Assembly: GCA_041486085.1 (NCBI GenBank)
Contig: JBGPKU010000009.1
Location: 375 to 64,374 of the forward strand
Source: Candidatus Limnocylindria bacterium
Lineage (GTDB): Bacteria > Chloroflexota > Limnocylindria > P2-11E
DNA length: 64,000 bases
Direction: 5' to 3'
This document shows, piece after piece, positions 62,229 through 64,000 of the stretch; the stretch's first letter is position 1; each line of letters opens with the position of its first letter. Below the pieces are notes generated by a model. It saw only the letters and a list, made by a program, of their open reading frames with translations. It had not been told where the DNA came from and did no database searches. A program made the position numbers and the translations under genes.

Positions 62229-64000
62229 ATGAGTTTGCTCGAGAGATACGTCCAACCCGCCGAGGCGCAGATCCCCACCGTCAGCCATCAGGGCGAGATC
62301 CCGTCGGGCCAGCCGACCTGCACGATCACGATCGACGGCCAGGAGGTCACGGCGATCCCGGGCGAGGCGATCCTGCGCGCGGCGCAGCGCGCCGGCTTCA
62401 ACATCCCGACGCTCTGCGACGACGAGAAGCTCGCACCCGCGGCCGCGTGCCGCATGTGTCTGGTGAGCGTCGAGGGCTTCGACCGGCCGCTGCCGTCATG
62501 TCACCTCGCCGTCGAGCCCGGTATGAAGATCACCGCGACCGAGGACGGCCTCTTCAAGCTGCGCAAGCAGAACCTCGAGTACATCCTCAGCGACCACAAC
62601 GCCTACTGCATGCCACCGTGCCAGGTCGGTTGCCCGACGCACATCGACATCCCCGGCTACCTCGAGCTGATGACCAAGGGGCAGCACGTCGAGGCCGCGC
62701 GCCTCGTCAAAGAGGTGCTGCCGTTCCCGTACGCGCTGGGCCTCGTGTGCCCCGCGCCGTGCCAGAACGTCTGCCGGCGCGGCCTGATCGAGGAGGAGAT
62801 CGCGATCCGCCAATGCCACGGATACGGCGGCGAGCTCTCGCTCGAGATGGAGGTCGCGCCCACGCCGTTCCCGCAGGCGACGGCGACTGGAAAGCGGGTC
62901 GCCGTCATCGGAGCCGGTCCGGCCGGTATGACCGCGGCGTACTACAGCGCGCTGAGGGGCCACGCGGTCACGGTCTTCGAGATGATGGAGAAGCAGGGCG
63001 GCATGCTCCGTTACGGGATCCCCGAATACCGCCTGCCGAAAGTGAAGCTCGACAAGGAGCTCAACTCGGTGTGGCAGCTCCGCGACGCGGAGTTCAAGGG
63101 CGGCATGATGCTCGGCCGCGACTTCACCATCGACGACCTCTTCGGACAGGGCTACGACGCGATCTTCCTCGGCATCGGCGCGTGGCGATCGAACGAGCTG
63201 CGCATACCCGGCGAAGACCTCCCCGGCGTGATCGAGGCGATCAACTACCTGAACCAGAACGCTTCGGGCAATCCGGTGCCGGTCGGGTCGGGCAGCCGCG
63301 TCGTCGTGATCGGCGGCGGCTTCACCACCTTCGACTGCGCGCGGACCTCACGCCGTCTCGGCGCGGCCGTCAACGTCGTGTACCGCCGCTCGCGCAAAGA
63401 GATGGGCGCGCACTACAGCGAGGTCGACGACGCGGAGCACGAGGGCATCAAGCTGGAGTTCTTCGCCGCGCCGGTGAAGATCGTCGAGAAGGACGGCCGC
63501 GCCGCCGGTGTCGAGTTCCAGCGGATGGCGCTGGGCGAGCCCGACGCGTCCGGCCGCAGGCGGCCGATGCCGATCGAGGGATCGAATTTCGTCATCGAAT
63601 GCGACGTGGTGATCCCGGCGATCGGCCAGTCACCGAACCTCGACTGGTACGACCGGTCGCCGGGTCTGCGCAAGAGCCGGCGCGAGACGATCGTCACGAA
63701 CGGCGCGCTGATGTCCGACCGTCCCGGCGTCTTCTCCGGCGGCGACTGCCAGATGGGCGCGGTCACGGTCATCCAGGCCGTCGCGCAGGGCAAGCTCGCG
63801 GCGAAGGCGATGGACCGCTACCTCGCCGGCGACGACATGGCGCGCGTCGCGGAGGAGATCACCGAGGAGGAGAAGGTCCCCGAGCTCATCGACATCGTCC
63901 CCTACAAGCCCGAGGAGCCCCAGGTGCGCATGCCGTTCCTGCCGTTCGAACAGCGCGTTCGGAGCTTCGAGCTCATCGAGAACGGGTACGACAAGGCCGC
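62229..64000 (+). CDS. fusion: NuoG-type N-terminal 2Fe-2S ferredoxin domain + GltD-like NAD(P)H:FAD oxidoreductase; 3' end beyond the window
   Basis: Not in the ORF track because there is no stop before 64000. My translation from ATG 62229 gives TIDGQEVTAIPGEAILRAA...LCDDEKLAPAAACRMCLVSVEG...LPSCH, then CMPPCQVGCPTHIDIP...VCPAPCQNVCRRG, VAVIGAGPAGMTAAYY and GVFSGGDC. Confidence 0.75.
   Translation, partial: MSLLERYVQPAEAQIPTVSHQGEIPSGQPTCTITIDGQEVTAIPGEAILRAAQRAGFNIPTLCDDEKLAPAAACRMCLVSVEGFDRPLPSCHLAVEPGMKITATEDGLFKLRKQNLEYILSDHNAYCMPPCQVGCPTHIDIPGYLELMTKGQHVEAARLVKEVLPFPYALGLVCPAPCQNVCRRGLIEEEIAIRQCHGYGGELSLEMEVAPTPFPQATATGKRVAVIGAGPAGMTAAYYSALRGHAVTVFEMMEKQGGMLRYGIPEYRLPKVKLDKELNSVWQLRDAEFKGGMMLGRDFTIDDLFGQGYDAIFLGIGAWRSNELRIPGEDLPGVIEAINYLNQNASGNPVPVGSGSRVVVIGGGFTTFDCARTSRRLGAAVNVVYRRSRKEMGAHYSEVDDAEHEGIKLEFFAAPVKIVEKDGRAAGVEFQRMALGEPDASGRRRPMPIEGSNFVIECDVVIPAIGQSPNLDWYDRSPGLRKSRRETIVTNGALMSDRPGVFSGGDCQMGAVTVIQAVAQGKLAAKAMDRYLAGDDMARVAEEITEEEKVPELIDIVPYKPEEPQVRMPFLPFEQRVRSFELIENGYDKA

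Overview
High-GC (roughly 65-75% by eye) bacterial chromosomal window. It is almost entirely + strand, densely packed, and many genes are translationally coupled through ATGA/GTGA/TAATG 4-nt overlaps. Gene content and order suggest a Terrabacteria-type lineage (Actinomycetota/Chloroflexota-like): ruvX-mltG-aroE-aroC-aroK/B-aroQ-efp, xseAB, tlyA-nadK-punA-deoA, scpA-scpB-rluB-cmk-plsC-ispH-der-plsY-gpsA, and Ni-SOD sodN/sodX. I cannot assign a taxon from sequence alone. I call about 75 CDS and 3 tRNAs (Pro-GGG, Pro-CGG, Arg-CCT). I found no rRNA, no credible CRISPR array, and no transposase or integrase. Most of the window is ordinary housekeeping. One small accessory islet (about 24.8-30.2 kb, next to tRNA-Pro) has local GC dips. 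The observations I consider worth follow-up are: (1) an AhpE-type peroxiredoxin with an in-frame TGA exactly at the peroxidatic-Cys position plus a SECIS-like hairpin, a candidate selenoprotein. (2) A ThiS/MoaD-like ubiquitin-fold domain ending in GG, fused in frame to a family III CoA-transferase. (3) An atypical complex-I-like gene set split into two blocks. The membrane block is a NuoJ/K fusion plus L, M and N with several canonical charged residues substituted. The peripheral block is NuoB-NuoD without NuoC, a NuoI/NuoE-like chimera, a NuoF-like protein, and a 2Fe-2S::GltD-like fusion that runs off the window and is missing from the ORF track. (4) A free-standing two-domain LAGLIDADG endonuclease gene broken by one -1 frameshift. 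(5) The RluB C-terminal tail region, where codon-phase GC favours a fully overlapping antisense ORF. (6) A 15-codon poly-lysine micro-ORF with a strong SD and a downstream hairpin. All function calls rest on motifs I recognise by eye, and no database search was run.
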